From Stramenopiles sp. TOSAG23-2 (lineage: Eukaryota): DNA of 35,047 nucleotides. The notes beneath the pieces were generated by a model. The model made no database searches. It had not been told where the DNA came from and saw only the letters and a list, made by a program, of their open reading frames with translations. The stretch spans positions 1 through 35,047 of the forward strand of contig LT649345.1 in assembly GCA_900128395.1 (NCBI GenBank). Reading direction: 5' to 3'. The translations under genes were made by a program, and so were the position numbers. Positions 11,545-22,400 of this stretch are shown here, in pieces. Numbering within the stretch: position 1 is the first letter of the stretch; the number at the start of each line of letters is the position of its first letter.

Positions 11545-11727
11545 AAAAATAAATATATATACTCGTAAATATTTTTATGTGTACGAGGAGTATAATATAT
11601 ACTTCGTATGATAAAAAATTCTCTTATAATTTATAAATTAAAGATTTTATTTTACTCATAATGTTATATTCACTATGCATTATATATAAAAAATTCTCTT
11701 ACTTATGCATTATATATATATTTAATT

Positions 11728-11901
11728 TACGCATAATTTATTTTTAATTTACTCATGATAATTCCTACTCTTCAAAAGAATAAAATAACTGAAATAATCT
11801 ATCTCACACAAGTGTGTTGATATTCTCATAATCGAAAATACCAATGAAGGTAAATAGATAGTATCAACTACTCATAATAGCTGATGGAAAACGTGACATC
11901 A
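11728..11901 (-). repeat. Repeat family B, copy 2
   Basis: Collinear similarity to 578-755. The core 11750-11777 matches 7006-7033 (reverse complement) at 27/28 nt. Confidence 0.85.
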
Positions 11902-11906
11902 TATAT

Positions 11907-12537
11907 ACCGTGCACTTCAAGATCTTTATCCGGCTAGTTACCGATTGTTGTTCACAACAGGATCTTTCACTTTGACAGCCTCACCGTTGTCGAATGAGCC
12001 CGGCGTCCAGCGCGTTCAACGAGTGCGCACGGAAGGATAGAAACCTACTTGTGCTTGTAGAGTATTAGTTTGCAGAGGTGCATTAGAGCTTTACTATAGT
12101 AGGATAACATTATTATTCTTGCGATTGAGTATTGAGCATATTACTTAACACGAGAAGTGTAAAAATATTATAACTTAGATTTTAACCAATATATATGGTG
12201 TAGTTACCAGAAATAATTAATACTATTATCTAAAGGCTAGTTACCGATTGTTGTTCACAACAGGATCTTTCACTTTGACAGCCTCACCGTTGTCGAATGA
12301 GCCCGGCGTCCAGCGCGTTCAACGAGTGCGCACGGAAGGATAGAAACCTACTTGTGCTTGTAGAGTATTAGTTTGCAGAGGTGCATTAGAGCTTTACTAT
12401 AGTAGGATAACATATTATTCTTGCGATTGAGTATTGAGCATATTACTTTAACACGAGAAGTGTAAAAATATTATAACTTAGATTTTAACCAATATATATG
12501 GTGTAGTTACCAGAAATAATTAATACTATTATCTAAA
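11907..12537. repeat. Repeat family A: near-identical 303-bp tandem duplication (11932-12234 and 12235-12537) plus 25-bp leader
   Basis: The two units differ only by two compensating 1-nt indels (aacattatt/aacatatt; acttaac/actttaac). A diverged third copy lies at 17342-17638. Confidence 0.95.
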
Positions 12538-12624
12538 CAGAATTGCATAAAATGAAAAAGTGTGGGAGAATTATTTATATTGTGTATATATACACTAAAT
12601 TTAAATCAATTAATCCCCTCTCTT

Positions 12625-15487
12625 CTATTTCTTCTTGCTAAACTTTTCATTGGCTCGAAAATTTTTTAATCTTTTTTTAATGTCTTTAATTTGTTTTGGT
12701 ATTAATTTCGTATCAAACCAATTTTTTGGTAAAGTTCTTGTTGTCTTACAAGCCTGTACTATTTTTCTCGATTTCCTTGTCTCGTGTACTTTTAACTCTT
12801 GTTCATATTTTATGAAACATATTTTACATTTTGGACTTCCTGGTTTTGCCAAACCTTTTTGAACCTCTTTGTCATCGGCATTATAAATAGGAGAATATTG
12901 ATCACGTTGTGGTCCAGGATCCTCATAAAAATCACAAACCTCTAGGTGTCTATGCAATCCATGTACTTGTATTTGAGATTGATCAACACCACATAACTAT
13001 AATAAAACATATAACATTTTGCATATGCAAATGATGTATTCATTCTGTTAATAAAAAAGAAAAAATATTAATATATAATAAGAAAGGCATCGGTAGAAAG
13101 CATATATGTAGAAGACAAAGGTTGGTAGAACGTATATATATTAATACACTTTGTTCCAGCAGCCTCAGGCAAGTATGTTATTTGATAAAGATTGATACCA
13201 TTTCACATCAGATATAGTTTGATATACGCTTCGCTCCACAAACATGGTACAGGTAAGATATATACATCATACTTACACGACAAAATGACATGCCACAACC
13301 CTTGACAGGGCATGCAACATAATCCCTTTTTTTCCCATTTCCTTTCTTTTGTATGAGACACAATCCAACACAGCCTTTTCGAATACATTTTCGTCCACCA
13401 TCCACATAACAGTTCTTCTCCTCCCTTCTCTTTTGTTGTGCTATTTGTTCCCCTTCTAGTTTTTGTATTTGTCGTGTAATTCTTTGCTTCATTGCATTTA
13501 ATTTGGGATAATCAGATGAGCGAATGATAAACCTTGTTTTCAAAAATGGATCCTCCACTATATATTCTTTTAGAATTCCAAAATCTTTCAATAAAATATC
13601 TAATTCATCAATCAATGCTTGTAAAGATTTTTCAAAATCATGTAAACGAAACGATGTTAAAGCGGCTTTTATACCAACTTCGAATGGATCATTTTTACCT
13701 AACCTTTCGAATTCTATACGTAATTTTTCTTCAAATTTCTTCTTTCCTACTCTTAGATTCTTCTCAGCATTTTCCTTACGCTGAACAACTGGCAATAACA
13801 ATAAATTGATTGCAGCTTCCGTTCTTTCCATGTTTAACGCTTTACGTAAATGCGTACGTACCCAGTGTTTACTTAATTCGCCATACTCTGGTGCAATTGC
13901 TTTTAAATCAATTTTATCAATGATAATCCAGGATTGTATCGGTACGTAAATTTGATCTTTTAACCACATTTTGACTTCATCAATACGTCGAAACATAGCA
14001 TGGCCATTTTTAGGCAACAAAGGTGTTCCGCCTAGTAAACGTGATGCTGGGATTCCATGTAAACCAAAAGTGTCACTCCATTCCTTCATCATTTCTGGCG
14101 ACAAGCGCCTTGCGGATGCACATACGAAATGACAATCCGTCATATAATAAATATGACGGAGACGATCCATAAACTCAGGTTCAAGGCTTCCAGGGGGACT
14201 TTGGTTTGTACATAAAACACCATCATCTTCTAAAAATATTATACGTAATGGCTTGGTGCCTCGTGGAAATTGGTAATACGTTAACGTTGATGGTCTGCCG
14301 TATGTTTTTGTCCTTTCAGGATGTTTTGACAATATCGGGTCGTTTTTTTCCCAATTTTGCAATGTTAAATCTAAATACGATTGCCTTCCAAGTCTTTTTT
14401 TTTCTCGGTTGTATTCGCGTGCCGCTTTTGCTTTTTTTTTTCTCTCCTCTGCACCTTTTGAATGATCTATTGCTGGTAATTCTCCTCGATCGCGTAAATA
14501 TCGCATCAATGCACCACCAAGCCATCTTGGCTCCTTTGTCATTATAAAATCTTTATTTTTTGCCCATTGTTCAAATACAGTTATTCGCTCCTCGGATTGC
14601 TGGCCGGGTCTCCGTCCAACTTGTGCCATTTCTAAATATCTATTCCATGTCAAAGGCCACCAAAATGGTGGGCCAGGAACTATCATCCCTTCCTCGTATC
14701 CTGCAACTACAAGTGGGTCTAAACGACCTTCCCCATTAGCACTAATCCCAAAATGTTGTATTATGACCACTGGCCGGGGATTATAATCATCTATAAACAT
14801 CTTCTTCTTCTTTGGATCAACTACATTGCTAGTTTTCACCACTGTACATGGAATGATGGTTGATGTCCACCGTGGAATTACATGCATGACTTCACGCATA
14901 CCTTTTTTGACATTACCTTTCTCATGGAAAATTTTAACAACGTCGGCTAACTCCAAAAATTTAACTATTCTACCACGCCTTTGTCTTAAAAATGCTTCGT
15001 CTTTGTATTCTATAAATCGTCTTTTTCCCAAAATACCCCTCATGATTTTTTGTATTTGTTGCGCTGCATGAAATTCTAATTTATCCTTTGCATCTTTTTC
15101 CCGTTTCATCTTCACTCTTATTTTTGCTAAGTATCCACGTATTCGAGTTTGAATTAATAAAGTGGAAGCTAACCATTTTCTTTTTTTCTCTTCTTCATAA
15201 ACTATCCAATCTGTAATTTGTTGTTTTAATCGATTAACAATGTTACCATCTATTGTTTTTTTTTCTAATATACGCGCAAGCGTATTGGGGCGTTGCACAA
15301 ACATGTCAAACATGCCTTCCTTTCCATTATTTTTCTTAGCAATGTCCAATAATATATTCTTCGCAACTTTTGCACTACGTTCGTTAGTCAATATGATGCG
15401 AAATTGCTTGACAAAATCTTTTGGTCGTACTTCCCTCCAACGACCACCAAAATCATCATCTTCCTTACCGTCATCTTTTTCTGGCAT
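12625..15487 (-). CDS. Two-exon protein (~860 aa): 2 IQ motifs, HAD_SAK_2-like domain and C-terminal IBR/RING-like Cys/His finger; exons 13277-15487 and 12625-12996
   Basis: IQ motifs LIQTRIRGYLAK and QIQKIMRGILGK. HAD-like IIFLEDDGVLC...FVCASARR...RIDEVKMWL...WIIIDKIDL...WVRT. A phase-0 intron at 12997-13276 (GTAAGT donor, ttttattaTAG acceptor) joins CPVKGCGMSFCR to LCGVDQSQIQVHGLHRHLEVCDFY, completing a CxxC pair. The first ATG is at 15487. Confidence 0.8.
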
Positions 15488-15737
15488 ATTAATATTGGTT
15501 ATATATTCCTTTAATAAAAATAACAAGTGTCATTTTAGAATATAATGAAAAAAAAAGAAATATATACGATATAGATATGTTATATGTATGCGTCGTTTCT
15601 CATCAATTCTATGTATAGTTGTCTATTATGCCAAGTATGATGCAGAAGAACCGTTATTATTTATTATTAGTACTACTATTATACAGTCTGGCAGTATATT
15701 AAAAGTAGTATTGTTTTTTTGTGATGTCAAAAGGTAG

Positions 15738-15771
15738 AGCTAGAGCTAGCCAGGCTAGCTAGCTGGCTAGC
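15738..15771. promoter_or_regulatory. (AGCT/GCTA)n tract in a divergent intergenic region
   Basis: agctagagctagccaggctagctagctggctagc, between the IQ gene (-) and p31comet (+). Confidence 0.45.
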
Positions 15772-16134
15772 CCTAATACTGTTGTACAAGGGGCAAACTT
15801 CTGAAGCCCCACCAGTTGTTGGCACGTTTTAGTTTGTTTCCAGGTTAAGGTGGTATTATTATAAAATAAAATATAAATATTAATAATACAGTATTATGTA
15901 CAGAGAGGATGTATTTACAGGAGGAAGCTGGTTACAGCAGAGAGGATTTTATCAGGACTTAAATCAAAAAATAATATTTTTTTTGAAAATAATAATATTA
16001 TATAGCACAATAACAATATATGTAGAATAGTATTATTAATATAGAATATGATTTTTGAAAAACAAAAACAATTTTATATAAACTTTTCAATTATATGTAC
16101 ATAGAAGCATTGTATCAAATACAGACAAGTGATC

Positions 16135-17145
16135 ATGCAAGCCTTGCTTATTTCAGAAAGAAACACGATGTATACCAATAATAATATTAACGAACATAAT
16201 GATGAAGATGGTGAAATGATAACTTCGAAAGACGAGGAAGGTAGTTTATTGTTTATATTCAATACACGATATAAAAGTATACCAATTAATTCAGACTTGG
16301 CTAGTGTGTTAACGATCGAATTTATACAACATATCATCTTCATGAGAAAACAAATACCATGTACATACCTAGATTTAATTACTCATGCGGAAACTGAAAG
16401 GAAACGTCGTGAACAACAACAAAAAGGTCATCGATTAACTGCAAATTTTCAAAAAAAAGCATTACGCTTTGTAGATGATATTGAATTTGCTTTTAATTCA
16501 ATCAAACAACATTTTATGAAGACAAATACAACAAAATTTTTAATACTTTTTGGATCGTCTGTTCAAAATCCGAAAGAAGGATTTATGTTAGATTTTTTAA
16601 ATTCAACAGGTAACATACCATATGAATATACAAATAAACAACGTGGCCAAGCAATGCGTAAATTAATTCGGACTATTTTTCAAAATGGATCTAATATTAT
16701 TTTTCAAACAGAATTAAATCGACCATGGAATATTTTCTTATTATGCTATGGAAAACGTTTAATAGATAATGACGATGATAATCGATCCAATGATAATAAT
16801 AATGATATTAATATCGATCATAATAGTATTATAGATGAAGATGATGATGATGATACTTCTTTTGTACCAATAGAAAATTTTAGATTAAAGAAACCAAGAT
16901 CAAAACGTGGAAAAGCAATTTTTCATATTACATTAAACGGATTAGATTATCAAGAAATGGAAAAAAACGATGATGGTAATTATGATTGTGAAATGACAAA
17001 AGATGACAACGATAACAATAATCATAATATTAACAACAAAGATTTTGTATGGTATAAATTTGCTAAACGCATTAAAGGCTTAAAAAATCCACCAGTTGAA
17101 AGAAAGAAACAAAAGAAAAAAAAGCAAAATGATGTTTTTTGTTAA
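16135..17145 (+). CDS. MAD2L1BP: p31comet / MAD2L1-binding protein (HORMA-like)
   Basis: EFIQHIIFMRKQIPCTY, FLILFGSSVQNPKEGFMLDF, AMRKLIRTIF, FVPIENFR and DFVWYK...IKGL mirror conserved p31comet blocks (ELLKHIMYQRQQLPLPY, VLILLGGNALSPKEFYELDL, CLRRLFRAIF, DYIWFQ...FKGF). The start ATG is 16135 or 16168. Confidence 0.85.
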   Translation: MQALLISERNTMYTNNNINEHNDEDGEMITSKDEEGSLLFIFNTRYKSIPINSDLASVLTIEFIQHIIFMRKQIPCTYLDLITHAETERKRREQQQKGHRLTANFQKKALRFVDDIEFAFNSIKQHFMKTNTTKFLILFGSSVQNPKEGFMLDFLNSTGNIPYEYTNKQRGQAMRKLIRTIFQNGSNIIFQTELNRPWNIFLLCYGKRLIDNDDDNRSNDNNNDINIDHNSIIDEDDDDDTSFVPIENFRLKKPRSKRGKAIFHITLNGLDYQEMEKNDDGNYDCEMTKDDNDNNNHNINNKDFVWYKFAKRIKGLKNPPVERKKQKKKKQNDVFC

Positions 17146-17341
17146 TAAATGATAACCACATATAATAAATAATTTAAATACTGATATAATAATATTTTAT
17201 CTTTGAAACAAATGGCCAACAGAAAGTTTACACTTTCTTCTGCCACGAAACAAAAATTAAACTGGCTTAAAGTACAATGGGTCAATGAAACTTGTAGAAA
17301 TCTACAAGCTAAAGTGATCAAAACCGCGGCTTTTTGCCACA

Positions 17342-17638
17342 ACCGTGCACTTCAAGATCTTTATCCGGATAGTTACCGGTTGTTGTTCACAACAGGATCT
17401 TTCACTTCGACAACCTCACCGTTTTCGAATGACCCCGACGTCCAGCGCGTTCAACGAGTGCGCATGGAAGGATAGAAACCTACTCATGCTTGTAGAGTAT
17501 TAGTTTGCAGAGGTGCATTAGAGCTTTACTATAGTAGGATATAATATATTATTCTTGCGATTGAGTATTGAGCATATTACTTAGCACGGGAAGTGTAAAA
17601 TTATTATAACTTACGAGTCGTAGATGTTTAACCAATAT
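17342..17638. repeat. Repeat family A, diverged copy (probably extending left to ~17205)
   Basis: Aligns to 11907-12191 with scattered substitutions and small indels. GC-richer, hairpin-rich sequence continues leftward beyond the point where the 11907 copy is truncated. Confidence 0.9.
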
Positions 17639-17938
17639 TATATATATTATATTATAATATTTTAATAATAAATATATTAATTTACGCATAATATGATATT
17701 TTATAAAAATAATTCTCTTATGATATTTATAATTTAAAGATTTTATTTACTCATATAGATATATGTTTAATTTATATAATAAAAATTTTCTCTTACACAT
17801 ATAATTTATATAAAGTTTTTTTACAGGGTCACCTAATAAATATATATATATATATATATATATTATGTATATATTATAAGTTGAGAGAAAAACACATATA
17901 TTATAAGTTATGCCATTAATTAAAAATATATATTAAAA

Positions 17939-18339
17939 ATATACAAATAGTTTGCGATCAACATGGGCCACCTGGAAAAACACGACGCCCCCTCCCCCCT
18001 TCCCCCCCCCGCCAAAATACCTTGAAATCGTCAAAAAATCGTGAAAATCTTTAAAATATTAAAAAATTGTATTGTTATTTTATTTTAATACTATCAAAAC
18101 TTGTACTTAATTAAAAACTGCAATGTTTTAAGATTTTCACGATTTTCTCTCACACTGCAGTTTATAATTAAGTACAAGTTTTGATAGTATTAAAATAAAA
18201 TAACAATACAATTTTTTAATATTTTAAAGATTTTCACGATTTTTTGACGATTTCAAGGTATTTTGGCGGGGGGGGGAAGGGGGGAGGGGGCGTCGTGTTT
18301 TTCCAGGTGGCCCATGTTGATCGCAAACTATTTGTATAT
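17939..18339. mobile_element. Foldback/MITE-like element: 188-bp inverted arms and 25-bp spacer
   Basis: 17939-18126 is the reverse complement of 18152-18339 with 2 mismatches, both near the centre. The ends read TA|CAAATAG...CTATTTG|TA, compatible with a TA target-site duplication. No coding capacity. Confidence 0.85.
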
Positions 18340-18530
18340 ATATAATAATATATATATATAGACGTTATAATAATAAATCATATAGAATAGCACAATATAA
18401 TAAAAACACTAAAAAAAAATACTTTATCCTGTATATATTTTCTATATACAAGAATATTTTTGTTTTTAAAACGAAAGATATGATAATAAATATACATACA
18501 ATATATATATAAAAGAATAAAATACATAAA

Positions 18531-19079
18531 ATGATGCAAAATGAGGAACAGGTAATATTGAAATGTTTTCAAGATTGTGAAAATGTATGTTTAGCATGGC
18601 AACGTATTATGAAAGCTAGGTCACATTTGCAAAATGTAAAAGCAGAGGCATATATTATGAGATATGAAGAAGAATTGGCGGAGTCACAAATTGATTTTGA
18701 CGACGAATACAAGAAATTTAAAATAAATATCGAGGAAATTTTGCGATTAAAGAATTCTTTATCAAATGATTTTTCGATGATAGATGAAAATAATTCTAGT
18801 GACATGATCATTCAAGATCTAAGTGATCTAATGGTTGTTATTGAAACTGCTGTTGAAGAGTCATCCATTGAAAATTTTTCGTATTCAACAAATGATTTAT
18901 TACAAGCTATTAAAGCAGACGTTGTAAAATTTTCATCGAAATTCAAAATAAAAACAAAATTGAATGGCCTTGTAAAATATTATCGTAAACCAGTGATTAA
19001 AAAAATGTCAAAAAATTATCAAGGTAGATCAATAAAGTCGTTGCATGCGAATTTAAATAAAAAAAATACTCGGCGGTAA
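18531..19079 (+). CDS. Hypothetical protein (182 aa, helical, basic C-terminus)
   Basis: ATG-started ORF, long for this AT content, with protein-like composition. No family recognised. Confidence 0.5.
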   Translation: MMQNEEQVILKCFQDCENVCLAWQRIMKARSHLQNVKAEAYIMRYEEELAESQIDFDDEYKKFKINIEEILRLKNSLSNDFSMIDENNSSDMIIQDLSDLMVVIETAVEESSIENFSYSTNDLLQAIKADVVKFSSKFKIKTKLNGLVKYYRKPVIKKMSKNYQGRSIKSLHANLNKKNTRR

Positions 19080-19448
19080 ATATTGAGAAAGATGTTAAAA
19101 TATTATACGAGCGGCGTCGTATACGAAGTTCGTACGAGTATTAATTATAAAGATATATCATACGTATGTAACATAAGGTATATATATATATATATATATA
19201 TGTTTATGTTTACACGATTTAAAAAAATATGAATAAATATACGACTCGTACACAAATGTACACTTTACTAGTAATATAAAACCCAAGAGTACACTTCTCG
19301 TATGATACATATATATATGATATTTATATATACGAACTCGTCTAACAACCACATCGTGTATCGAACTTTATTACAGTGTAGAAGTGCGTGCGTGCGTCTT
19401 ATTTCAAATCTCTCCTCAAATTATTGTAACGAAACTATATGAACAAAT

Positions 19449-22400
19449 TTAATCAATTTCGTCATCCTCACCGACAATGAAATCTTCTAAATCTGCATAT
19501 GCGTCATCTCCAGATTCACTTTCTAAATGAGTATCAACATATTTATTTCTACTCCGTAATCGCTTTTTCTTCCTTCCTTTTCTTTTACCCCCTTTTCTAG
19601 CAGAACGTTGTCTTTCTAATAACATCATACCATTGTTTTCTTTCGTACCATTCTTCATTCGATCAATAATATTGCGAATTTGAATTACATCTACAACTAA
19701 TACGGCAAATTCCATATGGTATCTTTCAAGATTCCAAGATCTATCCTTACGATTTTTAAATATGTATCTTTCATGTGATATGCACATATTCCATATTTCC
19801 ATATCAAACTTTTCAATAGCCATCAGAGTTTCAGAACATTTCTTTTTAATATGTGAATGGAACGAAGTTAATAACGTAATCCAATGGCGTGATAAGATAA
19901 ACAGACGATACAATCTATTTATGCTTAACCAGATAGAATCAAAAGTTTTTTCATAGCTTCCATGTTGCTTTTTTTTATTACTTTTGTTACTGCCAACAAC
20001 TCGGTAGCCAAATTTGATGATAATCTGGCACACAACTCTACCTAATGTTGCAAGTGAAGTGAATACCGGCATTAGATGTGAATATGATTTTTGCAATAAT
20101 TTTGGCTTCCAATTATCCTTTTGAAAACAACGAAATATTGTTTCTAAATTCGATAACTGAAAATTAGTATTAGTTATATTCATTATCGAATCGCATACCT
20201 CTGGTGAAACATCGTGAGAGAAGATTCCAACCATATCCTCTATGATAATTTCAATGCTATGTAAAATAGATCTACGCTCTTTCATATTTAGCATCTGAAT
20301 GGATGCCCCAGCACCATCAATCAAACGATGAATTTTTTCATTAACACCAACGTTGCTGTTCCCAATGGTATCGTTTTTTTTGTTTTTATTTTTAAAGCTC
20401 TTATTTATACATGCTATCCGGTCATCTTTCCCAGACAACAAACCTTTCAAACGTGACTGGTAATGTTGAAATGGTATTAACAATGTTGCTTTGCTACCTT
20501 CATCTTTTTCAAATGAACAATGACTAATTTGATCAATCAACGATTTAAATAAACTTTGCTTAGAAGTGGATTTATTATCTCCTTCCGTTTGCTCTTCAAA
20601 AATAGCAAAATATTTTCGATCCATAGATGCACGAATCAAAGCTGAAGGCAATCGTTCCGGAATTTCCATATTTGACTTATTGCAAATCATATATCCTGCA
20701 TTTAATATAAATTCTAATATTTCTTTCAAAACTTTTGTATTATCAACTTTGTAATTGCAAATCATTGCTACGTACTCGGGTGCAACAATTTTGTATAAAA
20801 CCAAGTTCTCATTACTTAGTTGGTTATTGATTTTAATACAATAATTCATGATAGAAATATTTAACCATATTAATGTTGGGTGTGTCCCTAGTTTTGTTTT
20901 CATATCTTTTGGTACTTGTTTACCAAATGCAACACCAAGAGATATGAAAATAAATTTCACTACACTTTCCTCCTCCTCCAAGGTGTCAATGCTGCAGTCC
21001 ATAAATTTGCTAAACTTTGAGACACAAGATTTTGCTTGATTTGCAAAAGCTTTTTTGTTCGGTCTAAGCAACAACGTAGTTAAAAGATTCAGCATTTTTT
21101 CAAGAATTTTCAACAAATTAATTCTCAATTCAAAAAAAATGGTAGATACACCCGTATCTTTCATAAACAACTTTTGAATATCCTTACTCTTTGGTTTTTC
21201 TTTCTTGAAAAGAAGTTCTAAAAATGATAAATTTGATACGTTTGATTCATCCTTTACATTTGCTTTTATACATCGTCGTACTACGTTGCAAAACGGTCCA
21301 GTCTCTTCATTATACGATTTTAATATAAAATTATAGCACGCAGCATAGTAAATAATATTTTTTTTCATTACTGAAAAGCTCGTGGCAGCATATGCAAGCA
21401 AAACTGCGGATACACTATCCAAAAATATCTTTTCGAAACTATCTTGAAGCATCGAGCTTGGTTCTTTCTCCCATTCTGTCACTTGTTGTAATAAATTTTT
21501 TGATGCATGTAATGTCGCTATGATCGAGGTTGGTATTTTGATTTCTCTCGTCTTTGTTGCATTTGATGCGAAACCACCATTACTATCCTGAGCTAAATAA
21601 TTGTTGAAAAATTGTTTAAAGACGAATAAAGAAGTCTGCACTTCTTTGCAACCTATTGGTTGAAAAACGTCATTGTATTCATTGAAATCAATAAGTTCTA
21701 GTCTAGTAACTGCCCCCATGTCGTATTTTGGTTGGCATAAGATATTCAAAATTCCAGCAACTTCATACAATTCAATCAACATAGAATATCGTTTGTCTGC
21801 ATTGTATTTGGATAAAAAACTTTTAAAATGATCCATATAAGCCCTAGTATTGTCTTCCAAATTATTATTACCATTCGCTGCGGCAGTGGTAACGAAAAGA
21901 AATTGGGCAACAGCTGTAGATAATGGAACCAAGATTTTTACTCGAGGCATTAATGGTGTTTTATATTCCTCAAGCCGAGACACATTCTGTCCATTCATAT
22001 CACCATCATCAAGATGCAAATACGAAAGAAAACTATATACAATTGGATTCAAATTAATTAAGTTTACATTTGCTAAATTAACTAACGATAATAAACAATT
22101 GAATAATAAGCCAGGTGATTCAACTTGTTCGTAGATCTTTTTGTCTTGCACTTTAAGTATACGAAAGATTTTAGATGTATTGATTGTTAGTTCGACATTA
22201 TTTTCATTGAAGCGCCCGCCGTGATTTCTTATTTTTTTCCTAGGTATAGCCCTAGGGTTTTTATCACCGGTATCCTCTATCGCCCGAGATGAAATATCTT
22301 GGTCGCATAATGCCAATAAACGTTGCCAGATGATACCAGTAAGAATTCCTGTAGCATTTCGAGATAAAGGCCATTTACCATCTACCCTTTTATTAGTGCC

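Noticed and set aside
11907..12537. CRISPR-like array or LTR pair
   Set aside because: Two abutting units with no spacers, no internal region and no TG...CA ends; eukaryotic context without cas or RT genes.
13208..13276. ORF-track C-terminus VSMMYISYLYHVCGAKRISNYI
   Set aside because: Read-through into an intron beginning GTAAGT at 13276.
17203..17475. 90-aa ORF within repeat A
   Set aside because: TTG start, and the differences from the 11907 copy are mostly non-synonymous in this frame (D>A, S>L, T>A, F>L, D>E, D>G, M>T), so there is no sign of coding constraint.
17370..17480. Minus strand of repeat A resembling 5S rRNA (CCAT...TGAACGCGC) or U4 snRNA
   Set aside because: Only short word matches. 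The 5S A/C boxes, helix I and length do not fit, and the U4 U6-pairing segments are absent.
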